DNA of 64,000 bases, from assembly GCA_964590595.1 (NCBI GenBank), contig CAZPXQ010000003.1, positions 71,357-135,356 on the forward strand, in the 5' to 3' direction. Below the pieces are notes generated by a model. It was not told the origin of the DNA, searched no databases, and saw nothing but the letters and a program-made list of their open reading frames with translations. Positions within the stretch are counted from its first letter, which is position 1. The number at the start of each line of letters is the position of its first letter. The DNA comes from an uncultured Sphingomonadales bacterium. Lineage in GTDB: Bacteria > Pseudomonadota > Alphaproteobacteria > Sphingomonadales > CAKZYD01. The position numbers were made by a program, and so were the translations under genes. Of this stretch, positions 43,110 to 53,011 are shown in pieces.

Positions 43110-45560
43110 TTAGAAGTTGAAGCCGACTTCAGCGGCGTAATAGCGCGGCGGGCCATAGACCGACCACAGCCACAAGCCGGCGACGGTTTGGCTGGAAACG
43201 CGGTAGCGCTTGTCGCCAATATTACGGACAATGCCGCGGACATAGTATTTGTCGTCTTCGGTCCGATAGGTAACCGACGCATTACCCAGCAGCCGCTTGT
43301 TCAGGAAGCTGTTGGCGGATTCCGCAATCAGCGACTGTGTGTAAAGGCTGCGTGATGAATAGTTCACATTGGCATTGAAGTCGACAAAGCCGCCCGGCGC
43401 CTCAACGGTATAGGTGGCGTCCACCCCCCAAGACCATTTCGGCGTGCGATCAAGCGGTGCCGTGGACAAGTCATAGCCGGCGGGAACTGGCGTTTGGAAT
43501 TCCCGGTAGCCGCCATCCTGGAAGCCCAGATTGCCGCGGATCATCAGATTTTCGATCGGCAGGGCGGTGAGTTCAAGTTCAATACCCTTAACTCGCGCCT
43601 TGGCGGCATTGAAAAAGGTGCTGACTTGGAACGGTTGGCCATTGACCACCAAGGGCACGTTAATCTGCTTTTGTAGATCATTATAGTCGACCCAGAAACC
43701 AGTCAGGTTGAACCGCACCCGGTTATCGAAAAATTGCGTCTTGACGCCAATTTCATAGGAGTCGGCCTTTTCCGGATCGGTTGGGAAAGCCGCAGCGGCA
43801 AATGCATCAAGATTATTGCCGAATGGCGCGAAGGTCCCGATCTGGGTGTTGTAACCGCCAGCCTTGAAACCCCGCGAATAGGACGCATAGGCAAAGATAT
43901 CATCGCTGGCTTCATAGCTCAGGATGAAGCGGTAGGACGGGTCGTCCCAATTCTCGCGCAAGGTGACAACGCCGGCTGGGAAGCGGTCAAAATTCGCTAG
44001 TTCCAGCAGATCGATGTCCTGCCAAGTGGCGTTGGGATCGCCAAGGATGTCTTGGACATAGGCTTGTTGGCGGCCCTGCCAGCGCTTGCGGTCCCAGGTA
44101 TAGCGGAAGCCGCCGGTGGCCTTCAGGCGGTCGGTGATGTCGTAGGTGCCTTCGATATAAGCGGCGACCGACCGGGTCTTTTGGCCATTGCACAGCACAT
44201 GCGCGTTGTCATTGTGGCGGCCGAAGGGCGTACTGCTGCCGACCAAGTCCAGAAAGCCCGCAGATTGCGAAACGCAATAGGAGATGGTGTCATATTGATA
44301 GAATACGCCAGATACGAAGTTGAACGGGCCGGCGAAATCGCTGGTGAAACGCAGCTCCTGTTGCGCGGTTTTACGCACGTGATTGTTAGCGACATCGAAC
44401 AGGCTTAGCCTGTCGCCATCCGCGCCAACCAGGGCGCCGTGGCCGCTGACGCTGCTGGCGTTGAACCAATCTTGCTTGCGATAGCCGGACACTGAGGTGA
44501 ATGTGCCGAAGTCGGTTTCCAAATTCATGTTGAGGTGTACGCCGTCGGCATCGATATAGGCCCGGCCACCGGACACATATTGATCGGGCTTGCGGCTAAA
44601 TCCGCCCGCTTTCAACGGATCGTCGACTTGCTGGGTGATGCCCAGAATATTCCACAAGAACGACATATCGCCGGCTGGGGTTTCATCGACGGCGGCTGGC
44701 GCTTCTGTCTTATCGCGGAGAATTTCATATTGGAACAAAACACTGAAGCGGTCGGTCGCTTGCCACAACACCTTGGCGCGGCCGGCAAAGGCATTGTCGC
44801 CGCCTTCGCGGGCGCCGTCGCCCTGACCGGTGACGCCGAGGAAATCGGGATCGACGACATTGGCTAATGGCCCATAGGGATGGCCGTTGCGCATATAACC
44901 TTTATTGTAATTATAGGCTCCGACCAGCCGCACCGCCAGTTTATCCTCGATGACGGGGATATTGATGGCGCCCTTGATGTCGCGGGTGCCATAGCTGCCA
45001 ATGGTGGCGGAGGCCTTGCCGCTGAACGTGTCAAGTTGCGGCTTAATGGTTTTCACCACCACGGCACCACCGGTGCTGTTCTTGCCAAATAGCGTGCCTT
45101 GCGGGCCGCGCATGACTTCAACTTGTTCGATGTCAAAAGTATCCAGCAACTGTGTCTGGATGCTGTTATAGACAAAATCGTCGACCATGACGACTACGGG
45201 AGGTTCGGAATAGTCGCTGATATTGGTTTGGCCAACGCCACGGATTGCGAACGAGGCGGCGTTGTAGCCGGTGATCTTGGCCGCATCGAAATTAGGTACG
45301 AACACGGCCAGGTCGCCAATATCATTGGGCGCAGCCATTTCGATCATGCTGTTGGACAAGGCGCTAACCGAAATCGCGGTGGTTTGCAGATTGCTCTCGC
45401 GCCGGGTGGCGGACACCACCACTTCTTCCAATTGCCCGAAGCCTCCGGTACCGATGTCCGGCGCGGCATTCTGGTCTTGCGCGGCGGCCGGTGCAACCAG
45501 CGCCGCGACCACGGCCCAGGATGCATAGTGCAGCAATGATCTTTTTTGGTGTCTCGTCAT
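43110..45560 (-). CDS. TonB-dependent receptor
   Basis: Signal peptide, LEEVVVSATRRE, plug motif IEQVEVMRGPQGTLFGKNSTGGAV, C-terminal Phe. Confidence 0.95.
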   Translation of the reverse strand: MTRHQKRSLLHYASWAVVAALVAPAAAQDQNAAPDIGTGGFGQLEEVVVSATRRESNLQTTAISVSALSNSMIEMAAPNDIGDLAVFVPNFDAAKITGYNAASFAIRGVGQTNISDYSEPPVVVMVDDFVYNSIQTQLLDTFDIEQVEVMRGPQGTLFGKNSTGGAVVVKTIKPQLDTFSGKASATIGSYGTRDIKGAINIPVIEDKLAVRLVGAYNYNKGYMRNGHPYGPLANVVDPDFLGVTGQGDGAREGGDNAFAGRAKVLWQATDRFSVLFQYEILRDKTEAPAAVDETPAGDMSFLWNILGITQQVDDPLKAGGFSRKPDQYVSGGRAYIDADGVHLNMNLETDFGTFTSVSGYRKQDWFNASSVSGHGALVGADGDRLSLFDVANNHVRKTAQQELRFTSDFAGPFNFVSGVFYQYDTISYCVSQSAGFLDLVGSSTPFGRHNDNAHVLCNGQKTRSVAAYIEGTYDITDRLKATGGFRYTWDRKRWQGRQQAYVQDILGDPNATWQDIDLLELANFDRFPAGVVTLRENWDDPSYRFILSYEASDDIFAYASYSRGFKAGGYNTQIGTFAPFGNNLDAFAAAAFPTDPEKADSYEIGVKTQFFDNRVRFNLTGFWVDYNDLQKQINVPLVVNGQPFQVSTFFNAAKARVKGIELELTALPIENLMIRGNLGFQDGGYREFQTPVPAGYDLSTAPLDRTPKWSWGVDATYTVEAPGGFVDFNANVNYSSRSLYTQSLIAESANSFLNKRLLGNASVTYRTEDDKYYVRGIVRNIGDKRYRVSSQTVAGLWLWSVYGPPRYYAAEVGFNF

Positions 45561-45634
45561 TGGAACCCCCCAATATTGTGGTTGCTGTGAAAAAATAAAT
45601 AAAACGCATCGTGGCCCGGAACGCCGATCGGGTT

Positions 45635-46876
45635 TTAGTCGCTCCGCTTTTCAAAACGAATTGGCAGACTCTCCAGGCGCCGGATCACCAGGCCAGGAAT
45701 GTATTTGATGTCCTCGGGCGAGCAGGCGAAGGCGAAATTTTCGCACCGCTCCAGCAGCCGTTCGAAAGAGACTTGCATTTCTTGGCGCGCCAGTGGTGCG
45801 CCAATGCAGTGGTGCGCGCCTTGATTGAAAGCCATGTGCGAGCCGGCGTTGCGTCGCTCTAGGTCCAAGGCCTCGGGGCAGCCGAAATGGCGTTCATCGC
45901 GATTGGCGGCACCGAAGCGGATGTGAATCGGCGTTCCCTTCTTGATCGGCCGGCCATTCAACTCGGTATCAATGCGTGCGAAGCGCCACAAGCCCTGGGT
46001 TGGCGATTCCAGGCGCAGCGCCTCTTCCACGAAGGTGCGTATTTTATTCGTCGACTGCCGTAAAGCCTGCTCCAGGCCATCGGTTTCGATCATCAATTTC
46101 ATTGCCAAGCCGATGGCGTTCATGGTCGTTTCATTGCCGCCAGTGACCAAGGTTTCGCCAATCGCCGCTAATTCGCGGTCATTCAGCGGCCGGCCTTCAG
46201 GCGTGCGGGCGGTCACGACATCTGATAAAATGTCTTCCTTCGGGTTGCGGCGTTTCACCTCGAACCAGTCCAGCAAATAGCGTTGAAACGCGACGGCGGC
46301 TTCCGCCACTTCGATTTCGCCCGCTTCATCCAAATTCTGTTGAAATGGCCGCGCCCACATGTCGGCCCAATATTTCAACTGCGGCATGTCTTCCAGCGGC
46401 AGGCCAAGGCGCTCGGTGATCACAGTCATGGGCAGCGGCAGGCAGAAATGCTCGATGAATTCCACTGGCGACTCCATGCGATCGATCAGATCATCGATGA
46501 TCTCACGGACACGCCATTCCAGCTTCTTGACACGCGATGCCGTAAAGGAGCGCTCGACAATCGTGCGATAGGCGCTGTGCAAGGGGTCGTCGACGGTAAA
46601 GGGCTGCACCCGCGGAAAACCCTTTTCACGATAAATTGCCAGCGCTTTTTCCGATTTGATCAGACCGTCGCCGCCCTGGCCGTCGGTGCTGGCGGCATAA
46701 ATATCGGGCTTGCGAATGACTTCGGCAATATCATCATAGCGGGTGACAACCAGCCAATCGGTCTCGGGATGCGGATAAAGCGGCGCTTCGTCGCGCAGGG
46801 TTTTATATGCCGTGTAGGGGCATGCCTGCACTTGCGGATCAAACAGATTGACCGACGGATATTCCACTTTAGACAT
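45635..46876 (-). CDS. Cytochrome P450
   Basis: I-helix GGNETT, EALR, AANRD, heme motif FNQGAHHCIG. Confidence 0.96.
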   Translation of the reverse strand: MSKVEYPSVNLFDPQVQACPYTAYKTLRDEAPLYPHPETDWLVVTRYDDIAEVIRKPDIYAASTDGQGGDGLIKSEKALAIYREKGFPRVQPFTVDDPLHSAYRTIVERSFTASRVKKLEWRVREIIDDLIDRMESPVEFIEHFCLPLPMTVITERLGLPLEDMPQLKYWADMWARPFQQNLDEAGEIEVAEAAVAFQRYLLDWFEVKRRNPKEDILSDVVTARTPEGRPLNDRELAAIGETLVTGGNETTMNAIGLAMKLMIETDGLEQALRQSTNKIRTFVEEALRLESPTQGLWRFARIDTELNGRPIKKGTPIHIRFGAANRDERHFGCPEALDLERRNAGSHMAFNQGAHHCIGAPLARQEMQVSFERLLERCENFAFACSPEDIKYIPGLVIRRLESLPIRFEKRSD

Positions 46877-47435
46877 GAATAAACTCGCCTCGTTGCAGTC
46901 GTCTCAGCATCAAGGATCAAAGCATAGTGTTTTGAAACTAAATGATGGGTGAGACCCTAAAGGATCGGTTGCGGGCCAGGCAATATGGGGTCTTGGCTGA
47001 GGCTGTCATATAGTGTTGAACAAGACTGAGGTTGGCCTCAAATTGAAAATTCACGGGGATGATCGCCATCAGCTGCGGTGCAAATGATTTGTATAAGCAC
47101 TTATGGCGCGCCCCTTGGCGCTGTGCGGAATCCCCTCGCAAGACAGCAGCCCTGGCGAAAAAGTGAGGTTTCGCGCCGCATCAAGCAACCATAGTCTATC
47201 ATTCCGCTTGATTCGAATAACAGTCCGTGGGACGGCCACCGCAAGAAGGGCGCGAAGACCCTTGGACGACGCGACCAACAGCAGCGAGTTTTGCCGCAGA
47301 GTGATCGGCGGGTTGACTGAGACTGTGAAAGGCGCGTTTGCCGCGCGCCGTGCTAGCCATGTCAATTGCTTTGATTGCGGCTTTGACTTTATACTTTTGC
47401 AAAACACAAAGTGTTTTTTTTGGGGAGACGCGCAC

Positions 47436-48407
47436 ATGGGTGGGGAACGCTGCGACTTTTCGGACTATGTTCAGAAAGTCCTGGGTGAATACGGGCCTCA
47501 AGACATTGACCTGCAAGAGAGCGCGGCCAATTTTCGCGGCGCCTATGCCTATCTGGAATTAGGCTGGGCGCGGGTGTTCAAGCTTCAGACCAATATGGGA
47601 TGGCTGACCAAAAGGCGCGCTAACGCGGCGCGGCGTGATGAGCATTTTGTGTTGACGCTGCTGCAAAAGGGCGCCTTTTCCATCACCCAACGCGGCCAAA
47701 CCGCGCATTGTTCGCCCAACAATATCAGCTTTCTCAGCGATTCCGCGGTACTGGAATCGATGTATCAAGGCGAGGTCGAGGTTTTGGCTATTCGGTTTCC
47801 ATCGCGATTGGTGCGGGCTTATTTCCCGGCGGCGGATCGGATCTGCGGTCGCGCGGTGGAAACGGAGTCTGGCTGCGCCGCCGCGGTGACCGATTTGATG
47901 TTGCGCATTTGGCGCGAGCATCAAAGCGCCGATAAATTATGTATTGAAGCCTTGCTGAACTGTATCATGCGGTTGCTGGAAGGCGCGTTCATGCCAGACG
48001 GCGCGCCGGCGGTGGAATCGGGCCATGACCATCATTTGCGAAGAGTGCGGCAATTGGTCGATCGCGAGTTTACCGATCCCAAATTGTCGGCACGGTCGAT
48101 CGCCAAAAGCCTGGGTTTGTCGGAAGGCTATTTACACGCGGCAGTGCGCGGTTCTGGCAGCACGGTTGGCGAGATGATTTTCGAGAAACGGCTGGAAGCA
48201 TGCCAACGGCAATTGGTTGACCCAGCGCTGCGGCAAAGAACCGTAACGGAAATAGCCTTTGGCTCAGGCTTTTCAAGCCTGCCGCATTTCAGCCGACGGT
48301 TCAAGGAACGCTATGGCTGCTCGCCACTGGAATATCGTCGCCAAATGCTGACCTTTAACGCGCTTGCGGAACATGGATATCAAGCATCGATGATGGCCCA
48401 TGCATAG
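47436..48407 (+). CDS. AraC-family transcriptional regulator (FeaR-like ligand domain)
   Basis: C-terminal TVTEIAFGSGFSSLPHFSRRFKERYGCSPLEYR; GGGGAG SD before ATG 47436. Confidence 0.92.
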   Translation: MGGERCDFSDYVQKVLGEYGPQDIDLQESAANFRGAYAYLELGWARVFKLQTNMGWLTKRRANAARRDEHFVLTLLQKGAFSITQRGQTAHCSPNNISFLSDSAVLESMYQGEVEVLAIRFPSRLVRAYFPAADRICGRAVETESGCAAAVTDLMLRIWREHQSADKLCIEALLNCIMRLLEGAFMPDGAPAVESGHDHHLRRVRQLVDREFTDPKLSARSIAKSLGLSEGYLHAAVRGSGSTVGEMIFEKRLEACQRQLVDPALRQRTVTEIAFGSGFSSLPHFSRRFKERYGCSPLEYRRQMLTFNALAEHGYQASMMAHA

Positions 48408-48510
48408 ACGCCGGCCGGCGTTTATTGCATAAATGCTAAAACGAAATAGGGCACGAAAGCAGCGTGAGCCAAGCGCCAGGCAGTGTTGCGTCAAATTGAG
48501 GAGAACAAGA

Positions 48511-50475
48511 ATGTCATTGCGCCATGTGCTCAGCCCCATTGCCATCGGCCCGGTCGAGCTGGCCAATCGCGTGGTGCGTACCGGCCATGGGACCGGCATT
48601 GGCGGCGGAACCATGAACGATGCCTTGATCGACTATCATGTCGCAAGAGCCCGCGGCGGTGTTGGCTTGACGATTCTGGAACTACTGTCGGTCCATCACT
48701 CGGCCTATCCGTTTTTTGTCGCTGGCGCGCCGGGATTGGTCGAAGGCTATGGCAAGCTGATGGAGCAGGTGCGTCCGCTGGGCATGCGGGTGTTCCAACA
48801 GATTGGCCATTTGGGCAATGAAATTCCGCAAGCTGATGGTGGCCCGCCGATTTCATCCTCCGACACCGCCGGCGCCATGGTCGGTGTGCCTTCGGAGCCG
48901 ATGACCAAGGCGCAAATCGCGGAGATGATCGACTGCTATATCGCCGCCGCCAAGCAATGCATCGCCGGCGGCCTGGATGGCATTGAATTGCACATGGCGC
49001 ATGGCTATTTGGTGCAGCAGTTTTTGTCACCGCTATATAATTTCCGGGACGATGAATATGGCGGCGATTTTGAAAACCGTGCGCGGCTGGCGCTGGAATT
49101 GTTGCGTGCCGTGCGCGGCGTGTTGCCGTCCTCTATGGCGCTGGGCGTGCGCCTGAGCAGCGAAGCTCTGCCCGGCGGCATGAACAGCGACGATGTCGCC
49201 CGGCTGGCTAATCTGTTTCATAGCGAAGGGTTGATCGATTATGTCAACCTGACCTTGGGCACCGATTATAATCCGCACAAGATCATTGGCGCCATGCATG
49301 AACCGGTGGGTTATGAGATCCCCTATGGGGCGCCGGTGAAGGCGGCAGTGAAATTGCCGGTGCTGGTCACTGGGCGATTCCGCACGCTGGAGGAAGCCGA
49401 TCAAGTGATTGGCGGTGGCGATGCCGATTTGGTGGCTTTGACGCGCGCGCATATCGCCGGCCCTGACATCGTGCGCAAAACCATTGCCGGACGGGAAGAG
49501 GAAATTCGTCCCTGCATTGGCTGCAATCATGGTTGCATTGGCGGTTTGCTGTCGGCCGGCCGCATTGGGTGCACCGTGAATGTCGCCGTCGGCCAGGAAG
49601 CGACTTTAGCGGAAGATTTGATCGCGCCCAGCGCGCAGCCCAAGACCGTGTTGGTGGTGGGCGGCGGTCCAGCTGGATTGGAGGCAGCAAGGGTCGCGGC
49701 CTTGAAGGGGCACCGGGTGATCCTGGCGGAAGCCGCGCATGAGCTGGGCGGTGCCATTAATATCGCCAAGCGCGCACCACGGCGCCTCGGCATTGCCGAC
49801 ATCACCGACTGGCTGGAGCGTGAAATTTTCCGCCTTGGCGTGGAAGTGCGCCTCAGCACATATGTCGAGGCTGAAGATGTCACAGCGATTGCGCCTGATG
49901 TGGTCATTGTCGCCACTGGCTCGCTACCGCGCATGGACGGTAAGCAGTTCTTGTCTCCCGGCCAAGTCGCCGATGGCATGGAACGGCGTCACGTCGTTTC
50001 CAGCCATGATTTGCTGCTTGAGCACAGCAACCGCGACTGGGGGCAGCGCGCTTTGGTTTATGACGATGCCGGCCATTATGAGGGGGTCGCCGCCGCCGAG
50101 TTCTTGATTGAGAAGGGCCTGGCCGTCACCTATGCCACCGGCCACAGCCGGTTCGCGCCGGGGCTTGAGGCCAGTTTGTCGGCGGAACCGGCGCTTGAGC
50201 GGCTGGCGAAGGGCGATTTTCGGCTCATCACCTATGCGCGGCTGGCGGCGGTTGAAGACGGCGCCGCGCGCATCGATTTCCGCTATGGCGGCAGCCCGGT
50301 CGAGGTGGCGGCGGACACAGTGGTGTTTGTGTCCCACAATAGCAGCAATCGCGAGCTGGCCGACACATTGGCGGATTGGCCGGGCGCGGTGCATTTGGTG
50401 GGCGATGCCCGCAGCCCGCGCTATTTGCAAACCGCGATTCGCGAGGGTCATTTGGCGGCCCGGCAGATCGATTAG
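48511..50475 (+). CDS. FadH/OYE-type NADH:flavin oxidoreductase with 4Fe-4S cluster and FAD domain
   Basis: RARGGVGL, ELHMAHGYL..QFLSP..NFRDDEYGG, CIGCNHGC-x-C, GGGPAGLEAA; GAGGAG SD. Confidence 0.92.
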   Translation: MSLRHVLSPIAIGPVELANRVVRTGHGTGIGGGTMNDALIDYHVARARGGVGLTILELLSVHHSAYPFFVAGAPGLVEGYGKLMEQVRPLGMRVFQQIGHLGNEIPQADGGPPISSSDTAGAMVGVPSEPMTKAQIAEMIDCYIAAAKQCIAGGLDGIELHMAHGYLVQQFLSPLYNFRDDEYGGDFENRARLALELLRAVRGVLPSSMALGVRLSSEALPGGMNSDDVARLANLFHSEGLIDYVNLTLGTDYNPHKIIGAMHEPVGYEIPYGAPVKAAVKLPVLVTGRFRTLEEADQVIGGGDADLVALTRAHIAGPDIVRKTIAGREEEIRPCIGCNHGCIGGLLSAGRIGCTVNVAVGQEATLAEDLIAPSAQPKTVLVVGGGPAGLEAARVAALKGHRVILAEAAHELGGAINIAKRAPRRLGIADITDWLEREIFRLGVEVRLSTYVEAEDVTAIAPDVVIVATGSLPRMDGKQFLSPGQVADGMERRHVVSSHDLLLEHSNRDWGQRALVYDDAGHYEGVAAAEFLIEKGLAVTYATGHSRFAPGLEASLSAEPALERLAKGDFRLITYARLAAVEDGAARIDFRYGGSPVEVAADTVVFVSHNSSNRELADTLADWPGAVHLVGDARSPRYLQTAIREGHLAARQID

Positions 50476-51047
50476 GCTTCGGTCTTGGCACCGCCGACAA
50501 AGGCGCACATCAGCAGATCGTCGCAATAGCGGCCATCGCGAAATTTGATGGCGCGGGCGCGGCGGCCTTCTTCGAGAAAGCCCAATTGCCGGTATAGCGC
50601 CAGTGCTGGGGTGTTGCCGGCATGGACATGCAGTTCCACCCGCTCGATGCCGGGATGGTTGCGGGCCCAATCCAGCGCCCGGTGCATCAGTGCGCGGCCC
50701 AGGCCGCGCCCTTGCCAATCGGGGTCGATGGCCAAACCCAGGGTGACGGCGTGGCGGCGGCGCCAGCGTGGCTCACCCCGGCAATCCAACATGCCGACCA
50801 GTGCGCCGTCGGCGGCCTGGGCCACCAAATACAAGCCATCGGGATTGTCGCGTTGCAGCAGGATCCAACGCTTTTCGCCACGCGGGGCGATGTCATATTC
50901 GGCGACTTCCTGCACCATGTGCGTGGCGCTGGCCAGCACCCGCCGGGTCAAGCCAATCAACGCCCGAGCATCCCGCGCTTGCGCCGAACGCAGCATCAAC
51001 ACCGCGCCGTCTCTCCCTTGCCAAGCCATCGGTTGCAGTTGTGCCAT
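50472..51047 (-). CDS. GNAT N-acetyltransferase
   Basis: WQGRGLGRALM, LHVHAGNTPALALYRQLGF. Confidence 0.9.
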   Translation of the reverse strand: MAQLQPMAWQGRDGAVLMLRSAQARDARALIGLTRRVLASATHMVQEVAEYDIAPRGEKRWILLQRDNPDGLYLVAQAADGALVGMLDCRGEPRWRRRHAVTLGLAIDPDWQGRGLGRALMHRALDWARNHPGIERVELHVHAGNTPALALYRQLGFLEEGRRARAIKFRDGRYCDDLLMCAFVGGAKTEA

Positions 51048-51073
51048 CAACAGAGCTCTATTCCGGCCGCCTC

Positions 51074-52933
51074 ATGTCTGCTAGTCATTTGAACGCGGGA
51101 ACAACGGCGGAGCAAGCGATGAATTGGCGGCCATGGCGGGGCGAAGGAGCGGTTTACGCGCTGATTGGCGGGTTGGCAGGCTTGGCGATTTGCTGGTTGG
51201 ACGAAGCCGGCTTCAGCTTTTGGAACTTGCCTTATTTCGACACCTCCGCCGCCGCTGGGGTGTTCGCGGCGGCGCTGTTCTTCATGCTGGCCGACCGCCA
51301 GGACCATCAGGACCGCCGTGGCGCGGTGGCGGCGGCGGCCCTGGTCATGGGCGGCCTGATCGCGTTGATGGCTTATGCGATGCGCGCGCGGTATGGCGGT
51401 CCCTGGGCCAGCATGGGCGCGCGGCACATGGCGGCGCCGGTCATCACCCTGTTTTTCTGGATCAGCCTGCCGTTTTTCCAGGCCTGGAACGAGCGCCGCG
51501 ACTGGCGCTTCGACTATGGCCGGCTCGCTGATCTGGCCTGGAGCGACGTGCTGCGGGCGGTGTTGGGGTTGCTGTTCGTCGGCGTGCTGTGGGCGGTGCT
51601 GGGCTTGTGGATGACCCTGTTCAGCGCCATCGGCATCGATTTCTTCAAGGACCTGTTCACCGACAAATGGGCCGGTTTCGGCATTTCCGGGGCGGCCGCC
51701 GGCATTGCCCTGGCCTTGCTGGCGCGCTGGACGGTGGCGATCGAACGCCTGCACGGCCTGCTGCATGGCCTGTTCGCGGTGCTGGCCGTGCTGGTGGCGG
51801 TATTGGTGTTGGCGTTCGTGCCCAGCTTGGTGTTCGCGCGCCTGGATGCCCTATGGGGCTCGACATTGACCACCGGCTTGATGCTCAGCCTGATCCTGCT
51901 CAGCTTGCTGCTGGTCAACAGCGTGATTGGTGCCCGCGACGCCGACATGCCGGCCAATCGCCGCCATATCTACCGGCTTTCGGCGCTGGTATTGATTGTC
52001 GCCTTGCCGGTGCTGGCGTTGCTTGCCAGCCTGTCGCTGGGCCAGCGCATTAGCGCTTTTGGTCTGACGCCGGATCGTTTCTATGGTGCGGTGGCGCTGG
52101 TGCTGGCGTTTTTGTTTGGCGGTGGCTATGTGGGCGCGCTGGCATGGCGGCGGGGCGGTTGGCCCGCGGCGGTGCGGCAGGTCAATCTGGTGCTGGCACC
52201 CGTGGTGGCGTTGGTGGCGTTTCTGCTGGCAACGCCGATTCTAAGCGCCGAAGCCTGGTCGGTGCGCCATCAGCTTGCCCGGCTGACGAGCGGCACGGTC
52301 AGTGTCGCCGATTTCGATTTTGATTTCCTCCGCTTTCGTGCCGGCACGGCGGGGGCCGCCGCGCTGGAGCGGCTGCTGACCTTGAAGGACCACCCCAACC
52401 ATGACGCGCTGGCGCAAGCGGTGGCGGCGGCCAAGGCGCGGACATCGCCTTATTCTTCCTTCGCGCCGCTGCCGGTGACGGACGCGCGCGGCAGCCTGGG
52501 GCATTGGGTGGAGACCGGCCAGGTCGCCATCTGGCCCGATGCGCAGGCGGTGCCGCAAGAGGTGTTGGACCGGCCGCTGGCAATGATGCCGCCGGGCGGT
52601 TGTCAGCCGGCGGATGCCGATTTGCCGCCTTGTTTCCTGTTGGCGTCGCCCGCTCCGGGTGAGGCTGGCGGGCCATGGCTGTTGATTGCATTTTTCGATG
52701 CCGGCAATGCCAAACGCGTGGTCTTGCAGGTGCTGACGGCCGAGGGCGATGGGCCCTTGCCGCGGCGGGCCGGCAGCGTGGTCGATCTCAGCGGTGATGC
52801 CGATGCCTTGCAGGCGGCCCTGGCTGAAGGCGATATCAGACTGGAGCCGAGGCCCGTTCAAGCCATCCACGTCGGCGATTTCGTGTTCGAGCCAGCGCCG
52901 GGCTATGTCTTGCGGCCAGTCCCTGGAGAATAG
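51074..52933 (+). CDS. Polytopic membrane protein (DUF4153-like)
   Basis: Many TM helices, RISAFGLTPDRFY, SVRHQLARL, DFDFDFLRF; start uncertain (51074 or 51119). Confidence 0.7.
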   Translation: MSASHLNAGTTAEQAMNWRPWRGEGAVYALIGGLAGLAICWLDEAGFSFWNLPYFDTSAAAGVFAAALFFMLADRQDHQDRRGAVAAAALVMGGLIALMAYAMRARYGGPWASMGARHMAAPVITLFFWISLPFFQAWNERRDWRFDYGRLADLAWSDVLRAVLGLLFVGVLWAVLGLWMTLFSAIGIDFFKDLFTDKWAGFGISGAAAGIALALLARWTVAIERLHGLLHGLFAVLAVLVAVLVLAFVPSLVFARLDALWGSTLTTGLMLSLILLSLLLVNSVIGARDADMPANRRHIYRLSALVLIVALPVLALLASLSLGQRISAFGLTPDRFYGAVALVLAFLFGGGYVGALAWRRGGWPAAVRQVNLVLAPVVALVAFLLATPILSAEAWSVRHQLARLTSGTVSVADFDFDFLRFRAGTAGAAALERLLTLKDHPNHDALAQAVAAAKARTSPYSSFAPLPVTDARGSLGHWVETGQVAIWPDAQAVPQEVLDRPLAMMPPGGCQPADADLPPCFLLASPAPGEAGGPWLLIAFFDAGNAKRVVLQVLTAEGDGPLPRRAGSVVDLSGDADALQAALAEGDIRLEPRPVQAIHVGDFVFEPAPGYVLRPVPGE

Positions 52934-52943
52934 CGCAACACCG

Positions 52944-52972
52944 TTGCGGCGGCGGGCTGGGCTGTGTAAGGT
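52944..52972 (+). promoter_or_regulatory. Putative sigma70 promoter for gatCAB
   Basis: TTGCGG-N17-TAAGGT ~40 bp upstream of gatC. Confidence 0.35.
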
Positions 52973-53011
52973 CCGCGGCCATCAAGACGGCAATATGTTT
53001 GGGAAAAACTC

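Noticed and set aside
40683-50475. Mycofactocin or other RiPP biosynthetic cluster
   Set aside because: Despite the MftD-like oxidase and OYE, there is no radical SAM, MftB/RRE, creatininase or precursor peptide; small ORFs at 46.9-47.4 kb lack an IDGxCGVY-like end
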